A stretch of DNA of 64,000 bases, taken from positions 30,442,001-30,506,000 of the forward strand of contig OX597827.1 of assembly GCA_951406725.2 (NCBI GenBank). The letters are read 5' to 3'. Positions 36,893 through 50,142 of this stretch are shown here, one piece after another. Each line of letters begins with the position of its first letter. Positions within the stretch are counted from its first letter, which is position 1. Made by a program: the position numbers and the translations under genes. The DNA comes from Octopus vulgaris (taxonomy: Eukaryota). Below the pieces are notes generated by a model. It made no database searches, was not told the origin of the DNA, and saw only the letters and a list, made by a program, of their open reading frames with translations.

Positions 36893-38283
36893 AGGTCTAG
36901 CAACAGCATAGAGATTTTCTCATTGATTCATCTTATGTTTTCAGTTGTTTAGCCACATATCAGTCTTTATTAAGCAAACCTATAATCAAAGACATTCCAA
37001 CCATGATCATCTCTTGCTCATTCAAAAAGAATTCATTGAGGCAGATTTTCTGTGGTTGGATACCCTTCTTGCCACCGACCATCACCAGTTTCCAAGCACA
37101 ATTATACTTTTCATAGAGAGACTTGTTTTCCTTGTATGACAGTGATGCTTGTTTACAGCAATCACATGATGTCGAGTCAGTGACAACATGTGACATCACA
37201 CACACACACGCACCTACCCACACATGCTCACACACACACACACGCATGATAGGCTTCTTTCAGTTTCCCTCTACCAAATCCACTCACAAGACATTGGTTG
37301 GCCCATGGCTATAGTAGAAGATACTTATTGAAGATGACATGCGCTGTGCTTGTGGAACAGACTGCTTAACCATACGGCCTTGTTTATGCTTATTTGGTGC
37401 ACCCTGTTCTCCCCAGAATTGCAAGCCTTTGCAATTATTTCCTATCCTCTGATTTTTTATGAAGACATCAACCTGTAAAAATTCAAACTGAACATCAACC
37501 ACATCAGTCTCACCTGTATGGGAGGGCATCTGTCCAGAGGCATAGCCAGGTTCAAAAGTTAGGGTGAGTCAGCACATGAAAAAAATGTGCTTGGACACAA
37601 ACCAAACAATTTTAAACCCATTTCTCTTAAATTACATGAAATATTTGTTCATTGGTTTCATGTTTCAGTAATAATGTCATTATGTATGAAACTTATGACT
37701 ACTGATATAAGTGATGCATAAAAAAAGATGAAACTCCACAAGATTGTCCGATGTCAAGAGGTAATGATGTCAGGTTCTTCAGATGTCAGCAGCCACCAAC
37801 ACGTCACAGGAGATTGAGCAGATAGTTCAAAAACTTGGGAGGCTGGTCAAATAAAGTCATGACTCCAGAAAGTTCTTTCAAGGCTATGCAATTTAAAAAA
37901 AGAAGAGATCCGACTTCTATTGTGCAAGTGAACTAAAGATTTTTAAATAATTTGTTGAAAAGGCACCAATTTTGAATAATGTGCCATGGGGAAACAGTTA
38001 CTCCTCCATTGCTATGCTGTTGTTTATGTCATGGGCATAAACTAATTAATTTTAATTTCCAAATATAAAAGAAGAAATTCCTTCAATTGATTCAGAAACT
38101 AATTCTGATTACAGATTGTATTTAAAAGCCATCTACCACCAAGTATATATTTTGAATGTGAAGGGATTCCAGCACAACTACTAAATTATATTATTCTATT
38201 TAAGTTAATGTTAATGTATTTAATACAGGAAATAGAAATAGTATGTGTTATAAGTTATAGATAGAATGATAAACAGATATGCA

Positions 38284-38426
38284 GGTTGGCTGGTTGGTCG
38301 GTTGGTTGGTTGGCTGGTTGGTTGGTTGGTTGGTTGGTTGGTTGGTTGGCTGGCTGGTTGGTTGGTTGATTGGCTGATTGGTTGATTGGTTGGCTAGCTG
38401 GTTGCTTGGTTGGTTGGCTGGTTGGT
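38284..38426. repeat. (GGTT/GGCT)n microsatellite
   Basis: Seen directly. Confidence 0.95.
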
Positions 38427-38995
38427 TAATATAAAATTAATTTTTACGAAGCTATCTAGAATTTTATAAGACTAACTAGAAATAAGTATAGGATGAAAAA
38501 TAATCAGTTTTGGTCAATGACAAATATTTTCCTTTTTCTGGAAAACTTATGAGAGATAACTGTATATATGTTTCTGTCTAATTCTGACCATTTCAGGAAT
38601 GTAAAATAATTTAGAAAGTAAGTAATTCAAAGGTATTATCCACATGGAAACACAATAGTCATGCTAGTGCTAACATATTTTATGCAAGCAGCATTTTCTT
38701 TGATATTAAATAGAAATGGATGTGTAAATAGACAAACAGAGAGATAAAGAGGTAAGTTGGTGTTAACATAGTCAATAGATAAAAGAATTAAATCCAGCCC
38801 CATGACAGCATGGAAAATAGACAGGTGGTGATGACAATGAAGAAGAAAAACAAATACTTTAGTGATGAAACAAATAAACAGACAAATGGATAGGTGAGTG
38901 TGTACTAACATATGTATGGACCATTAAAAAGCTAATTAACAATAAATATATATTGATAAAAAAATCAAGAACTAATATTTTCTTTTTATATGTAG

Positions 38996-39123
38996 TGGAT
39001 ATGGTGAAAGTAAAATTGTCGGAGACCTTGAACCAAAGCAGGAGTACAAATTTAGAATTCGCTTCCACCGAAATGATGACATTTACTCAGCCTGGTCACC
39101 AGCAGTACAAGTTATTACCGATA
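38996..39123 (+). CDS. FANK1: FANK1-like paralog B, exon 3 (FN3 domain C-half)
   Basis: TGTAG acceptor and GTGAGT donor. Encodes GYGESKIVGDLEPKQEYKFRIRFHRNDDIYSAWSPAVQVITD, with the FN3 LxPxxxYxFR and WS motifs. Confidence 0.88.
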
Positions 39124-39615
39124 GTGAGTCAACATTTTTGTTTTTTTTATTTCTATTTTACTCCTTTTGCTTATACTTTTTTTCTGTTTATCATTTACAT
39201 TTACAAACTCTTGATTTCTTAACATCTTCAGTTTGAAAGAAGATGACACATAGATTGTGTGTGTGTGTGTGAACGCGCATATGTGTGCATGTGTTTTTAG
39301 CCACAGGTGGTCTCCGGTTACGCAGTTCTATGATCAAATGGTAATCCAGCTATGACTGATTTTTTTTTTTTTTTTCTTCACTGACACTTTATGTAGAAAG
39401 TGTGATTTGAGGGAGATGTGGCTTTTGTTTTTAGGTTTAGCCACCATGTAGAGTAATGGTTCACAACCATTTTGACTATGCAGCACACCAGAGACTCACT
39501 GAAAAAATTGCTGGCATGATTTGCATGGAAAGTTTTACAAAAAAACTATAAAAATTAAAAAAAGTTTTGTAATATGTAAAAAAACGTCTGTGGTTACCTT
39601 GTTTTATTGATATAT

Positions 39616-40000
39616 GAAAGCACTCCGTCGGTTACGACGACGAGGGTTCCAGTTGATCCGAATCAACGGAACAGCCTGCTCGTGAAATTAACGTGTAAGT
39701 GGCTGAGCACTCCACAGACACGTTTACCCTTAATGTAGTTCTCGGGGATATTCAGCGTGACACAGAGAGTGACAAGGCCGGCCCCTTTGAAATACAAGTA
39801 CAAGAGAAACAGGAAGTAAGAGTGAGAGAAAGTTGTGGTGAAAGAGTACAGCAGGGATCACCACCATCCCCTGCCGGAGCATCGTGGAGCTTTAGGTGTT
39901 TTCGCTCAATAAACACTCACAACGCCCGGTCTGGGAAGCGAAACCGCGATCCTATGACCGCGAGTCCGCTGCCCTAACCACTGGGCCATTGCGCCTCCAC
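39616..40000 (-). mobile_element. tRNA-derived SINE, well preserved
   Basis: Minus-strand head GGCGCAATGGCCCAGTGGTTAGGGCAGCGGACTCGCG..GGTTTCGCTTCCC with A/B boxes. CpG-rich, which suggests a young copy. Confidence 0.8.
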
Positions 40001-40659
40001 CTTGTTTTATTAACCTTACTTACATATAACTACAATAACAATTTCAATACACAATAGCATAGTTACAAGTTATTTGTACCTGCCTGAGACCATCCCTGGT
40101 TCTATGATATAAACTACCTGTTCTAAAGGATCTGGATTAAATTTCTCTCCAAATTTCATGTTAATGTACATTCCAAACACCAGCTTAATAATGACAATGT
40201 TATTTTATTAAATTCTTCATTACTTTCAAAATTAACTTAAACAAAGGCAGTGTATTTCAATATAAATATGGTAACAAAGGGGTTAAACATTACTATAGAT
40301 TTGTTAAGCTATATTAATCAATAACATTATTAATGGCATTTGTTCCTCAGAAGCGTCATCTGCCAGGAGTAATCAGAAATCACCAACAAATGGTAGATGC
40401 AGCAACACACTATTACAGCACATACCCCCATATATATATATTTAATTAGAGGTTAAAATAGCCCCATAAAGGGATAATAATATCCAATGAATTACTGGTT
40501 CATTGCTTAGTGTTTTTTTGTGAAAAGTAATATTCATAGAATAATAGGTCTAAATATATATCTTGGTTTATAAACATTCAAGAGAAAATTTAGAAAATGG
40601 AGATGTAGCATTAATATAATTTATTAACTGCAAAAATCCAACATTCCAACATATGTATG

Positions 40660-40691
<32 letters not shown>

Positions 40692-40764
40692 TACACACAT
40701 GCATACATGCATACATACATACATACATTAATATGCTTGATGATATGCCATTAATGTTGAAACC

Positions 40765-41983
40765 CTAAAAATACTAACAAGCACACATAATTTCCACATA
40801 GACTGCCTCTACTTAAAATGAAAACAAAGTGGCAGTGGCGTAACATTGATCCAAAATGCCTTTGAATATCGTATCATATCCTCTCGGCACCATCTTTTAA
40901 CCACCAAATGTTGAAGTCCATCCCTTGACCAAATTTGCATACATGAGGCTGATAACATCATAAGACTTGGAAGGCAGCTCCTTGAACAACATGCTTTGTC
41001 TGATAACCTAGAATACATGCCCAAAGAAGTTGCACAACTCTACTGCATTGTATCATCAGATGAAAGGATGAGCCTATATGAGAAGAAACTATGCATAAAT
41101 ATGATAGTAGAAAGCCAGATTACTACCTCCCACTTTGAAGGGTATGCAACTGCAATCCAGGAACTGGAAATATCAACCAAGTACCTGATGCACAAAAGGG
41201 ACAGAAATGCAGGAAAATGAGTAAAATGTGACAACTGAAGCAGACTTTGTGGAATTCACACTGAAGATATCACCCACATCATAAACAGTTGTCCGTAAAT
41301 GTCATCATGGTGTTATCTACCGATGAGACATGATGTAGCTAGGACACTCTATAATGAAATCCGTCAGAAGGATAATCCTGAAGACAAAGAAATAAGAATC
41401 CACAATATGGTAGCAGCCATAGCCTCTCATAATAAAAAGGAATACTGGTAGAATGTCTCAGTGAAGACCTCAATAAAATGTAAGCACAACAGACCTGATT
41501 ATAATGATTTGGGATAGAGAAGAGAAACTGTGCACAGTTGTGGAAATTAGCTGCCCAGCAGATGTTAACATACAGTGATAAAGAGAACACCTCCATTGAA
41601 CTATTGAGAAATCTGCAGTTACTCTATCCAGATTACAAGCTCAGGTTTATACCTGTAATTATTGGGGCCCTGGGATATGTGACACAATGTCTAAGTACCA
41701 ATCTTGAGAAATTAGGCTTCTCAAAACCAGAAAAGAGAAAACTAGTTTGAAGACTACAGATCCAATCCATCACTGGAACTGTAGAAATCTGTAAAACTTT
41801 CCAGAGGTTTATCATTTAAATATATATATAAGCATCTCTAGATATGCAACTATATGCATATATATATATATGCATATATAACATACATAAAACAAAACAT
41901 ACAAATCTGTACATATACATGCATGCATACATACATACATAATACATGCATGCATGCATGCATACATACATACATACATACAT

Positions 41984-42037
<54 letters not shown>

Positions 42038-42150
42038 ACACACACATACATACATACGAAGCAAAAATACCCTGTTGTTGATGTTGAAATTCCAATGAAG
42101 GAGCCTTGAATCTAGGTTAGAAACCAGCTCTTTCTCTATTGGCAAGAAAT
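40765..42150 (+). mobile_element. R4/Dong-like RLE non-LTR retrotransposon, 3' part, decayed
   Basis: RLCG..EDITHIINSCP Zn motif, MRHDVA, HNRPD, VVEISCPAD and FIPVIIGALG, embedded among (CATA)n/(CA)n microsatellites. Confidence 0.8.
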
Positions 42151-42869
42151 ATTGGAATAAACCTGAACAATGACATACATACATATGTGTCTTCAAAATT
42201 ATCTTGTTTATATGTATGTGTTTTACTACAATGGATATCTAAACATTTATTGACATCTCCATCACATGTACAGTCATCTTACTTATCATCATCATCATTC
42301 TTCATTATCCTCTTCTCCCTCCTCCTCCTCACCATCATCAATATCATTGTGATATGTGATTGTGTATGATCTTTATATATCATATATGTCTATCTTAGGT
42401 CATCTAGATCAGGGCTGAAATGGAGCTAAACAACAGCAATATATTGCTGTTCAAGACAACAGTACTCCTATTGCTAGACTATTAGTTGAAGTGAGTCGAT
42501 CAGCATATCATTTCTCATTGCCAACTTTGTACTATTTCTTTTCCATATTTTACATTAACATAGCTCTTCTTCAGCCTGTATGTCTGTGAGGAAAGGAGGT
42601 ACAGGTGGGGACACTGTGCACTTGCTTGACTTGCTAGAAATAGCAGCCTAATCTCCTTCAGATAAGAAGTCCACACTAAATAATGTTGTCCTAGATATTC
42701 CTAAAAAAAATGGGATGGTCAGGTTAGAATGCCTTTCATCAATCAGTGTTGATGTGATGTTACAGCAACACACCTCTTCTTTTTATACCAATTTTCTCTT
42801 TTTTTAATAAATGAATTCTTTCCAGTGCAAGAATCCAAAACTAATCTCGCCTGTCTGCTTATTAAGCTC

Positions 42870-43227
42870 ATTTCCAGTGCCAGTGCTACCTGACTGGTCC
42901 TGTGCTAGTGGCACATAAAAAGCACCATTCAGCATGGTCATTCCCAGTGCTACGTGACTGGCTCCTGTGTCGGTGGCGTGTAAAAAGCACCATTTGAGCG
43001 TGTTTGATGCCAATACCACCTAACTGGCCCTCATGCCAGTGGTACATAAAAAGCACCTACTACACTCTTGGAGTGGTTGGCGTTGGGAAGGACATCCAGC
43101 TGTAGAAACTCTGCCAGATCAGATTGGAGCCTGGTGCAGCCTCCTGGCTGCCAGCTCTCAATCAAACCGTCCAACCCATGCCAGCATGGAAAGCGGACGT
43201 TAAACAATGATGATGATGATGATGATC
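42870..43227 (+). mobile_element. Short RTE-type 3' end with three units of the 67-bp repeat and a (GAT)n tail
   Basis: GGCACATAAAAAGCACC units followed by GAGTGGTTGGCGTT..GGACGTTAAAC(GAT)n. It ends 22 bp before FANK1-B exon 4. Confidence 0.8.
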
Positions 43228-43249
43228 ACTTTCTCTTTCTTTTATTCAG

Positions 43250-43331
43250 AAGAACCATACTATGGAGAGAACTTGCATAAAGCTGTGCGAAACCAATCTA
43301 TGGGTGAAATTAAAACTGTTCTAAGCTCTGG
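43250..43331 (+). CDS. FANK1: FANK1-like paralog B, exon 4 (82 bp)
   Basis: Pyrimidine tract plus TTCAG, and a GG|GTAAAG donor. Encodes KEPYYGENLHKAVRNQSMGEIKTVLSSG (FANK1 REPISSEHLHRAV-like). Confidence 0.85.
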
Positions 43332-44032
43332 GTAAAGCATAATGTTTATTCATTTAATTTTTTTTGTTTTCTTTTTTACCTTCTTTATTTGTATCTCTAC
43401 TCATATTTACTGTCTTACCATTTTCATTGATATTGTCATCATCATTGTCATCGTCATCAGCCATCATTATAAACACCATCAGCATCATCAGCATCATCAG
43501 CATCAACAACAGCAGCATTATTATCAACATAATTATCATCGTTACCATCATCATAAAGCCAAGAATGATATATCTAGTCATTCAAATTGCTCAATATTGC
43601 TAAAAAAGAAAAAAAAAACCAAATTTCTTTCAACCAACATCCTACCTATTGTCTTTTAGGGAGTACATTTTGTTTTTTGAGTCCCTAAATCTTATACCAC
43701 TCCCTATAACATTGACAAAATGCTTTAATCTAGAATCCATGAGGGATTTCTTGCTTTTCCTCTTAATGCTACGAACCTGGAGTTAAACATCAGACCTTAC
43801 AAATAATCCTTATTAGGATTCTTAAGGGTTGGTGATAGGGATGATCACAAGGTTTCTTATGAAGACAATAATTATGTTGAGATTTATGATTTATAAGGAT
43901 ACTAATGTTAAATAATGACTATAACGATGATTATTATGTTGATAGCAATGATGGTATTGGTGTTGTTATTGTTGTTGGTGATAGGAAAGGAGAAAGGATA
44001 TTGATAACTTGGTTTTTCATACTGTGTTACAG

Positions 44033-44107
44033 AAATATCGTAGCTGATGTGCGAGATGGTCATGGTTTAAGTGCATTAATGACTACAGCAAAGCTGGGCC
44101 AAACAGA
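44033..44107 (+). CDS. FANK1: FANK1-like paralog B, exon 5 (75 bp)
   Basis: TTACAG acceptor and GTAAGT donor. Encodes the ankyrin start NIVADVRDGHGLSALMTTAKLGQT. Confidence 0.88.
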
Positions 44108-44518
44108 GTAAGTATCCATTGTGTATATACAGTTTCAAGTGCCTAGTGCTGAAATGAAACAGCAGAATAAGATAACTACTTGCTCATATGCTTTTGTGTT
44201 CAAATCCACTTTAGATATTTTGTTGTATGTTTGGACAATTCTAGTCTCCCTCAGTTTACCTAGATACCAGAAATAAAAGTCAGATCATGTACAAATGCTA
44301 CTGTTACATAAGATAAACTGACATATATCCTGAGGTGGACATCAACATGTGGTTGTGAAATCAAATATTCTTTTATATGTTCCAGCCCAAAGGCTGTGAC
44401 CATGTTGGAGCAAGATTTCTTGGTAACACACAACACACTAAATGAGCTTATCTGATTATTGTGTTTTCACAGCATGAAGTTAATAGTAGCTTCAATTTAA
44501 ATATTGTGTGTGTGTATA

Positions 44519-46147
44519 CAGTTGCGGCTAAAATGTTCAGAACGGCATTGTTTTCATCAGAAAAGTAAGTATAAGTTTTTATCAAAGTAGTTTTATATTC
44601 TATAATTTTCACAGAGGATAAATACAATATTAATTGTTATTGTCTGAGATTTTGGTGTAATTTGAGAGGATAATATAAAAGTTATGAATGATTTAGTGAT
44701 TTACTGCAAAACCCATGGCGGCCAAAATGATCAGAACGATTGAAGAAATAACAAAATAATCAAAAATGACAGAGAATACTGGAATTATTTAATATTTAGT
44801 GTGAAGCCCTTTAGCTTCAATCACACTATGACATCTTCGACTGCATGAGGAAATTAAATTTTCAATTTCTTGTTGGGTGATCTTATTCCATTCTTCCTGA
44901 AGGGCATTCCATAATTGCTCAGCTGTGTTAGGATTTTTGGCTTTCGAACGTTCTCCTAGAATATTCCATACATTTTCAATAGGATTGAGATCTGGGCTTT
45001 GAGCAGGCCAATCCATAACAATAACCTTTTCAGGCTTGAGGAAGTTCATAACCACCTTAGCCTTGTGACATGGGGCATTGTCCTGCATGAATATGGGTGG
45101 TCGCTTAGTTGAATTTCTCAGCACAGGCAAGACATGATCTTTTACAAGTTGTTTATAAACTCTTGCATTTACCTTTCCATCTAATCGCACCAAAGGGCCC
45201 ACACCATCTCCAGATATCATCCCCCAAACCATGACACTTCCTCCACTGAATTTAACACTAGTCTTAAGGCATTTAGGCGACAATTTTTCACCTACTTTTG
45301 TACAAACGTACCTTTTCCCATCTGAGCCAAATAACATAAACTTAGATTCATCACTAAAATGCACCGTTTGCCATTTTTCTTGAGACCACAACACATGTTC
45401 GGTTGCAAAGGTAAGACGACACTTTTTATTCTTGGAGCTGATCAGTGACTTCACTGCAGGTGCTCTTGCTTGTAGGTCATGTTCAACTAAACGACGAGAC
45501 ACAGTTTTTCGAGATAAAGTTTTCTTCAATACAATGCTCATTTTCTGAGAAGCAGCAGCAGCAGTTTTAAATCTGTCCTTTTTAACCAACTTTACCATAG
45601 CATGATCTTCTCTCTTGGTCATTTTTCTTGGCCTACCTGTAAACTTTCTTGCTTCACACGAACCACAACCATCGTAGACCTTAAGAATACCGTGTACAAC
45701 ACTTTTTGACTTGTTAACAATCTTTGCAATAGATCCAATACTTAAATTATCCTTCCTTCAAAGTTTAATAATCTGCTGACGAATTGGTAACGGAGTAAGT
45801 GGCATTATATTAACAAAGTACACTGCAAATATTCTTACTAATGTTTAGTAAACGAACCGTCACATAAACAAATTCAAAACATTAGAGTTCACCGGTTAAA
45901 TATACTAAAACACGGAGTAAAAGCAACCGTTCTGATCATTTTGGCCGCCATGGGTTTTGCAGTAAATCACTAAATTATTCATAACTTTTGTATTATCCTC
46001 TCAAATTACACCAAAATCTCAGGCAATAACAAATAATATCGTATTTATTGTCTGTGAAAATTATAGAATATAAAACAACTTTGATAAAAAATCATATCTA
46101 CTTTTCTGACAAAAACAATGCCGTTCTGAACATTTTGGCTGCCACTG
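44519..46147 (-). mobile_element. IR/DR-type Tc1 transposon, nearly intact
   Basis: TA TSDs and ~220-bp TIRs, each with outer and inner direct repeats (GC.GCCAAAATG.TCAGAACG). Confidence 0.95.
44789..45805 (-). pseudogene. Tc1 DD34E transposase with one in-frame stop (codon 16)
   Basis: ATG at 45805 and TGA at 45760-45758, then open through GRPRK, FSDESK, MQDNA-34aa-E, SPDLNPIENVW and GLHTKY-stop. Confidence 0.92.
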
Positions 46148-46164
46148 TATATATATATATATAT

Positions 46165-47130
46165 CAGAGCAAATCTCTTTAGTACATTCGTGAAAACACG
46201 TATTATACTTCGTAAACAGTTCAACTACAGTTTTGTACAACAATTGAAGTGTAATTTTAATTCCGTGAATTTTGGGAGATCTTTTTTCCGAAATTTGTTC
46301 CTATTGTGTTTTCAAAATTTGTAATTCTGACAAAAAATGGATACGAATTTCATTATATCAAGCAGCGAGTCAGAATTCGAAGGATTTTCTACTGAAGACC
46401 TTCATAAATCTAACTCTATGACTGAAAAAAAAAGCACGTGGTATTTGATAATGAATCTGATGTTTCATTTTCCGAAAGTGAAAACAGTTAATCCGAGAGC
46501 TCCAACAGCGATAAAGAAAATGAATTGGCACCTGAATGGAGTGAAAATTTAAAAACTGTTTCTTTCAGTGATTTTTCTGAAGAAACTGGACCAAGCCACA
46601 GACTTTCCCAGGAGAGTAAAGCCTTAGACTATTTCTTTTTACCTTTTCGAATGAAATCATTACGGCGGAAACGAACCGTTACGCTAAATGTAAACAAAGC
46701 GAAAGAAAGGATAGTTAGTGGTTTCCCACAACCTTAAATGAAATTAAGACTTTTGCCATAAATATTATTATGGGTATCAGAAAGTTACCCAGAATAACAA
46801 ATTCTATCGTAAAATTTTGTTGTATACCCAATTGAATATTAGCTAATAACCCATTTTCTATAGCGATGTTTGAACAAAATTTTAATAATTTAATATTTTG
46901 TTGAATTTACCTGTATCTACCTGCAATTAGAGTCACTTTGTGACAAAAATTATAGTATAGAATTGGTTGAGAATATTTCATTAAATTATCTTCCAAAAAT
47001 CAGATTAATATATTGATAAATAAAAAAGTTATAGTTGTTTAATGAAACCAGACTAAATTTATGATTATGTTAGAAATTAATTGAAACACATAAGGGGTGT
47101 ATTTTGGTCAGAAATATAGTAACGAAAGGG
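46165..47130 (+). mobile_element. Internally deleted piggyBac element
   Basis: Acidic N-terminus plus PEW...F....GP, ETNRYA and IIMGIRKLP relics (PGBD4-like). Right end AAAGGG|TTAA; left end not found. Confidence 0.75.
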
Positions 47131-47974
47131 TTAAGATGGTAATGTATAGTTTGAGGAAGATTTGGTTGCTGTTATTAACATGTAAAGCAATTTTCTAGAG
47201 GCTCTCTTCGCTCATTTGTAATACAGCTTTAGTTATGTGAAAATGAATTCTTTACAAAGAGACATCCATCTATATTTCCTGGTAAAAATGGTGCGTGAAT
47301 GGCTTGAGGTTTCTCTTGACAAAAATGAATTTGTTAGCTACTCTACTTTTGTAACGAAACTGTTAAATTGAATTAAAGATTAGTCCTCATATTTGGTTAA
47401 TTAATTATATTTATTATAGTCTAGCCAGAAATAAGATTCCTGCACATTTACTCTTTTTACAAGAAATAATTCAGTAAAAATAGATCTGTCTATTTAGCTG
47501 TCACATTCTTAGGAAAATTAAAATGCTGTTTTATGGAGAACTCATCTGATTTAAGTTTGGTCACTGTGTGTATGTGTATGTGACCTTTTCAATATCATTA
47601 AAATATACTTTGAGATTGATTAGGTTCAAAAGATATAAAGAAAAATAAAAGCAAATTTATTTGTAATTATTCAATTAAATTACACAGCAGTTATCATCCA
47701 TTAGCATTACAAATGCTCCCTACCACCATCATCTATTACCAATCATCAGTACCTCCACTGCTGCCTCCATCTTAACCCACCAACCACCACTACCATCATT
47801 ATCATCACCACAGCTGCTTATTAATGAAGCAGTGAAACAGCAGAATGTTATTAATTAAACTTGTTTGACATAATAAAACCAATCAAATCACTGAATCTAA
47901 CCTGGTCTTTAACACTCTATCTCTCTGATATATATATATATATATACTTTATTTTAAGCAGCAGAAAATTCAAC

Positions 47975-48021
47975 AAAATCTGTTACTCTGAGTTTCTCGT
48001 TGCCGTTCATCAGACAGTTTT
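47975..48021 (-). ncRNA. Minimal type I hammerhead ribozyme
   Basis: AAAACUGU-CUGAUGA-A-CG(GCAA)CG-A-GAAA-CUCAGAG-UA|ACAGAUUUU: intact core, GNRA-capped stem II, pseudo-palindromic stem III and a GUA cleavage triplet. Confidence 0.75.
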
Positions 48022-49097
48022 TGCTAGAATGGAACCGATATATCAATTCAATCTATACTCTTACAAACGCTACACCTTTAAAAAGAAACGGACTTGTTTG
48101 ATTGGCCCTTTAGAAAAAACAGTCAATCTTCGAGCGATAAACAAAAAGGTCAAAAATATATGTATATATATATAAAAAAACTTATAAAAATTATAAAATC
48201 CGAGGAAAAAACCTTACATTGAATAAAATACATATTGACGTTAATGAAGAAAGTGCAAATTAATGCATAGAAATTAAACCTGTTATAAATATTACACTGC
48301 AATACATATTTATATTAAAATCTACATATATATATCAACATACACAAAAGGATGCGCGCAAACGCCATACATATACAGACGTATGAATATAAATCTAAAT
48401 ATACACATAAAATGCATGTGTACATATATTCACGCAAACCATCTCGCACGCAAGCTAAAAATCATCTATGTAGCGATTCTCATATACTGAGTAATGGGGG
48501 GGAACGAAAGAAAGGGAGAGAGAGAAAAAGGAACGAAGGAGGGGTGGGGAAAAAAACGAAATAAGAAAAAATTATGTATACAAGCAGTGTAACGGCATTA
48601 TTGGCATATATGGAGACAAGTATACATACACAAGTTCGAATGGATACATATACATACAGTCGTGTATATGTGTGCTTAAGCACAAACATACTTTCACTTA
48701 CACATACACAGATACGCATGCTTACAAATACATATGCTTTGCTATACACATACTTATATCAACATTCTAATTTTGACAACATTGCTTTTTTTAAAAAAAA
48801 CATTGCTTTTTTTTTAAAAAAATGGGTGCATTAATAAAAATATATACGAAAGACATAAAATAAAATATAACATCCTATTTTGGGTCATTTATAAATAATC
48901 AAGGTAATATAAATAATCAAGGTAATCCTATACAATACAATAACATGAAAACAAAGTTGGAGGTTTTTCCTAATATATATGTAGAAACATAAGACTTTGC
49001 TATACGGATTAAGATCCGCATAGCTTGGAAACAAAATCCATTGTAGGGCTCATCGTTCAAGAGTCAAAATCAAAATCAAAAATACAAAATATATACT

Positions 49098-50105
49098 CTA
49101 TCCATATGGTATATTTATATTCAACATTTTAAATTTAGCCGCGTGCCTACATAAGTTCATTAGCTCACTTCTTTGATTCAAAGAATTATTGTCTTTGAAT
49201 AAGATGTACATTTTTTCTAATAGACAAAGCTTGCACTTGAAATTATTTTTGTATGCTCCATGCCTGTATGGTGCTGCCCTGTCCAGAATGCTCCATGTCA
49301 CGTTGAAAGGTGGGGCTTCCTTTTCTTTTAGTTCCCAGACATATTTTGCTAGGCTGGTTTTCTTCCTATTCTCTGGGTATTTAAATGAATTTTTATGAGA
49401 ATAAAATCTTGTTTTAAATGAATTTTCTGAAGCCCCTGTGTATGTCTTGTATTCCGATGAGCCTTCCACTTGCACCTTGGCTCTATAAACTACTCCTTTC
49501 ACTAGACATTTCCCTTCTAACGGACAGGAGCTTTCGTTTTTGCAATTACATTTCTTAATGGGCTCGGCACCATGTCTAATCTCAATTAGCTTCCTATTAT
49601 GTTGGCTAATGTAAGAGGCGAAATTTCTGCAACAAGAATAGCTAACCTTCAGGGTTCTTCTGTTAAATATCCTATAGAATTTATGACCCTGCTTAAAATG
49701 CTTAGAGACTAATCTCAAAAATTCCTTACCTATATTAGTCTTTACGGACTTATTGAAAGCCGGGTTGAACCACAAAACTTTCCTGGTCCTAGTTCTTCGT
49801 GCAGCATTATTATCAGCATTAAGCTGGTTGAACTGGATCTTCTCAGAGAATCCACTATCCTTTAATGCGCTATCGTAATAAGGTGCAGCATTATGGAATG
49901 CTGCCTCGTCCGAAGAAATTGAAGATATTCTTCTACCTACATTGCTGACTAAGTTCCTAAGGATAACTGGTGGATGGTTCGAATCTTTGCTAATATACGA
50001 TAGCTTTTCATTGGGCTTACGGAAAGGTTTAAATCTATCCGATCTTACATTAAAATTTACGTCTAAAAAATCTACACTATTCAGGTTAGCATCTATCGTA
50101 ACCCG
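49098..50105 (-). pseudogene. Penelope-like RT-thumb plus GIY-YIG ORF fragment, uninterrupted
   Basis: VDFLDV, KPFRKP, SNHPP, WFNPAF, KVSYSC, CNC..CPLEGKC, GVVY..TYTG, FKTRF..H, CKLCLLEK, LNQRSEL..CRH. Confidence 0.9.
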
Positions 50106-50142
50106 TAAAAAAAAATATTGACATTTTTATGCTTTTATATAT

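Larger units (their letters stand above)
47950..50105 (-). mobile_element. 5'-truncated Penelope-like element (Naiad-type) in FANK1-B intron 5
   Basis: RT C-terminus, linker and GIY-YIG endonuclease, then a long 3' UTR ending in a hammerhead motif. Confidence 0.88.

Noticed and set aside
39920-40000. tRNA-like sequence on the minus strand
   Set aside because: It is the head of a SINE and continues into SINE body and tail, so it is not a stand-alone tRNA gene.
42399-42490. Possible extra FANK1-B exon (TTAG acceptor, GTGAGT donor)
   Set aside because: It contains an in-frame stop in the required phase, and exons 3 and 4 already join in frame.
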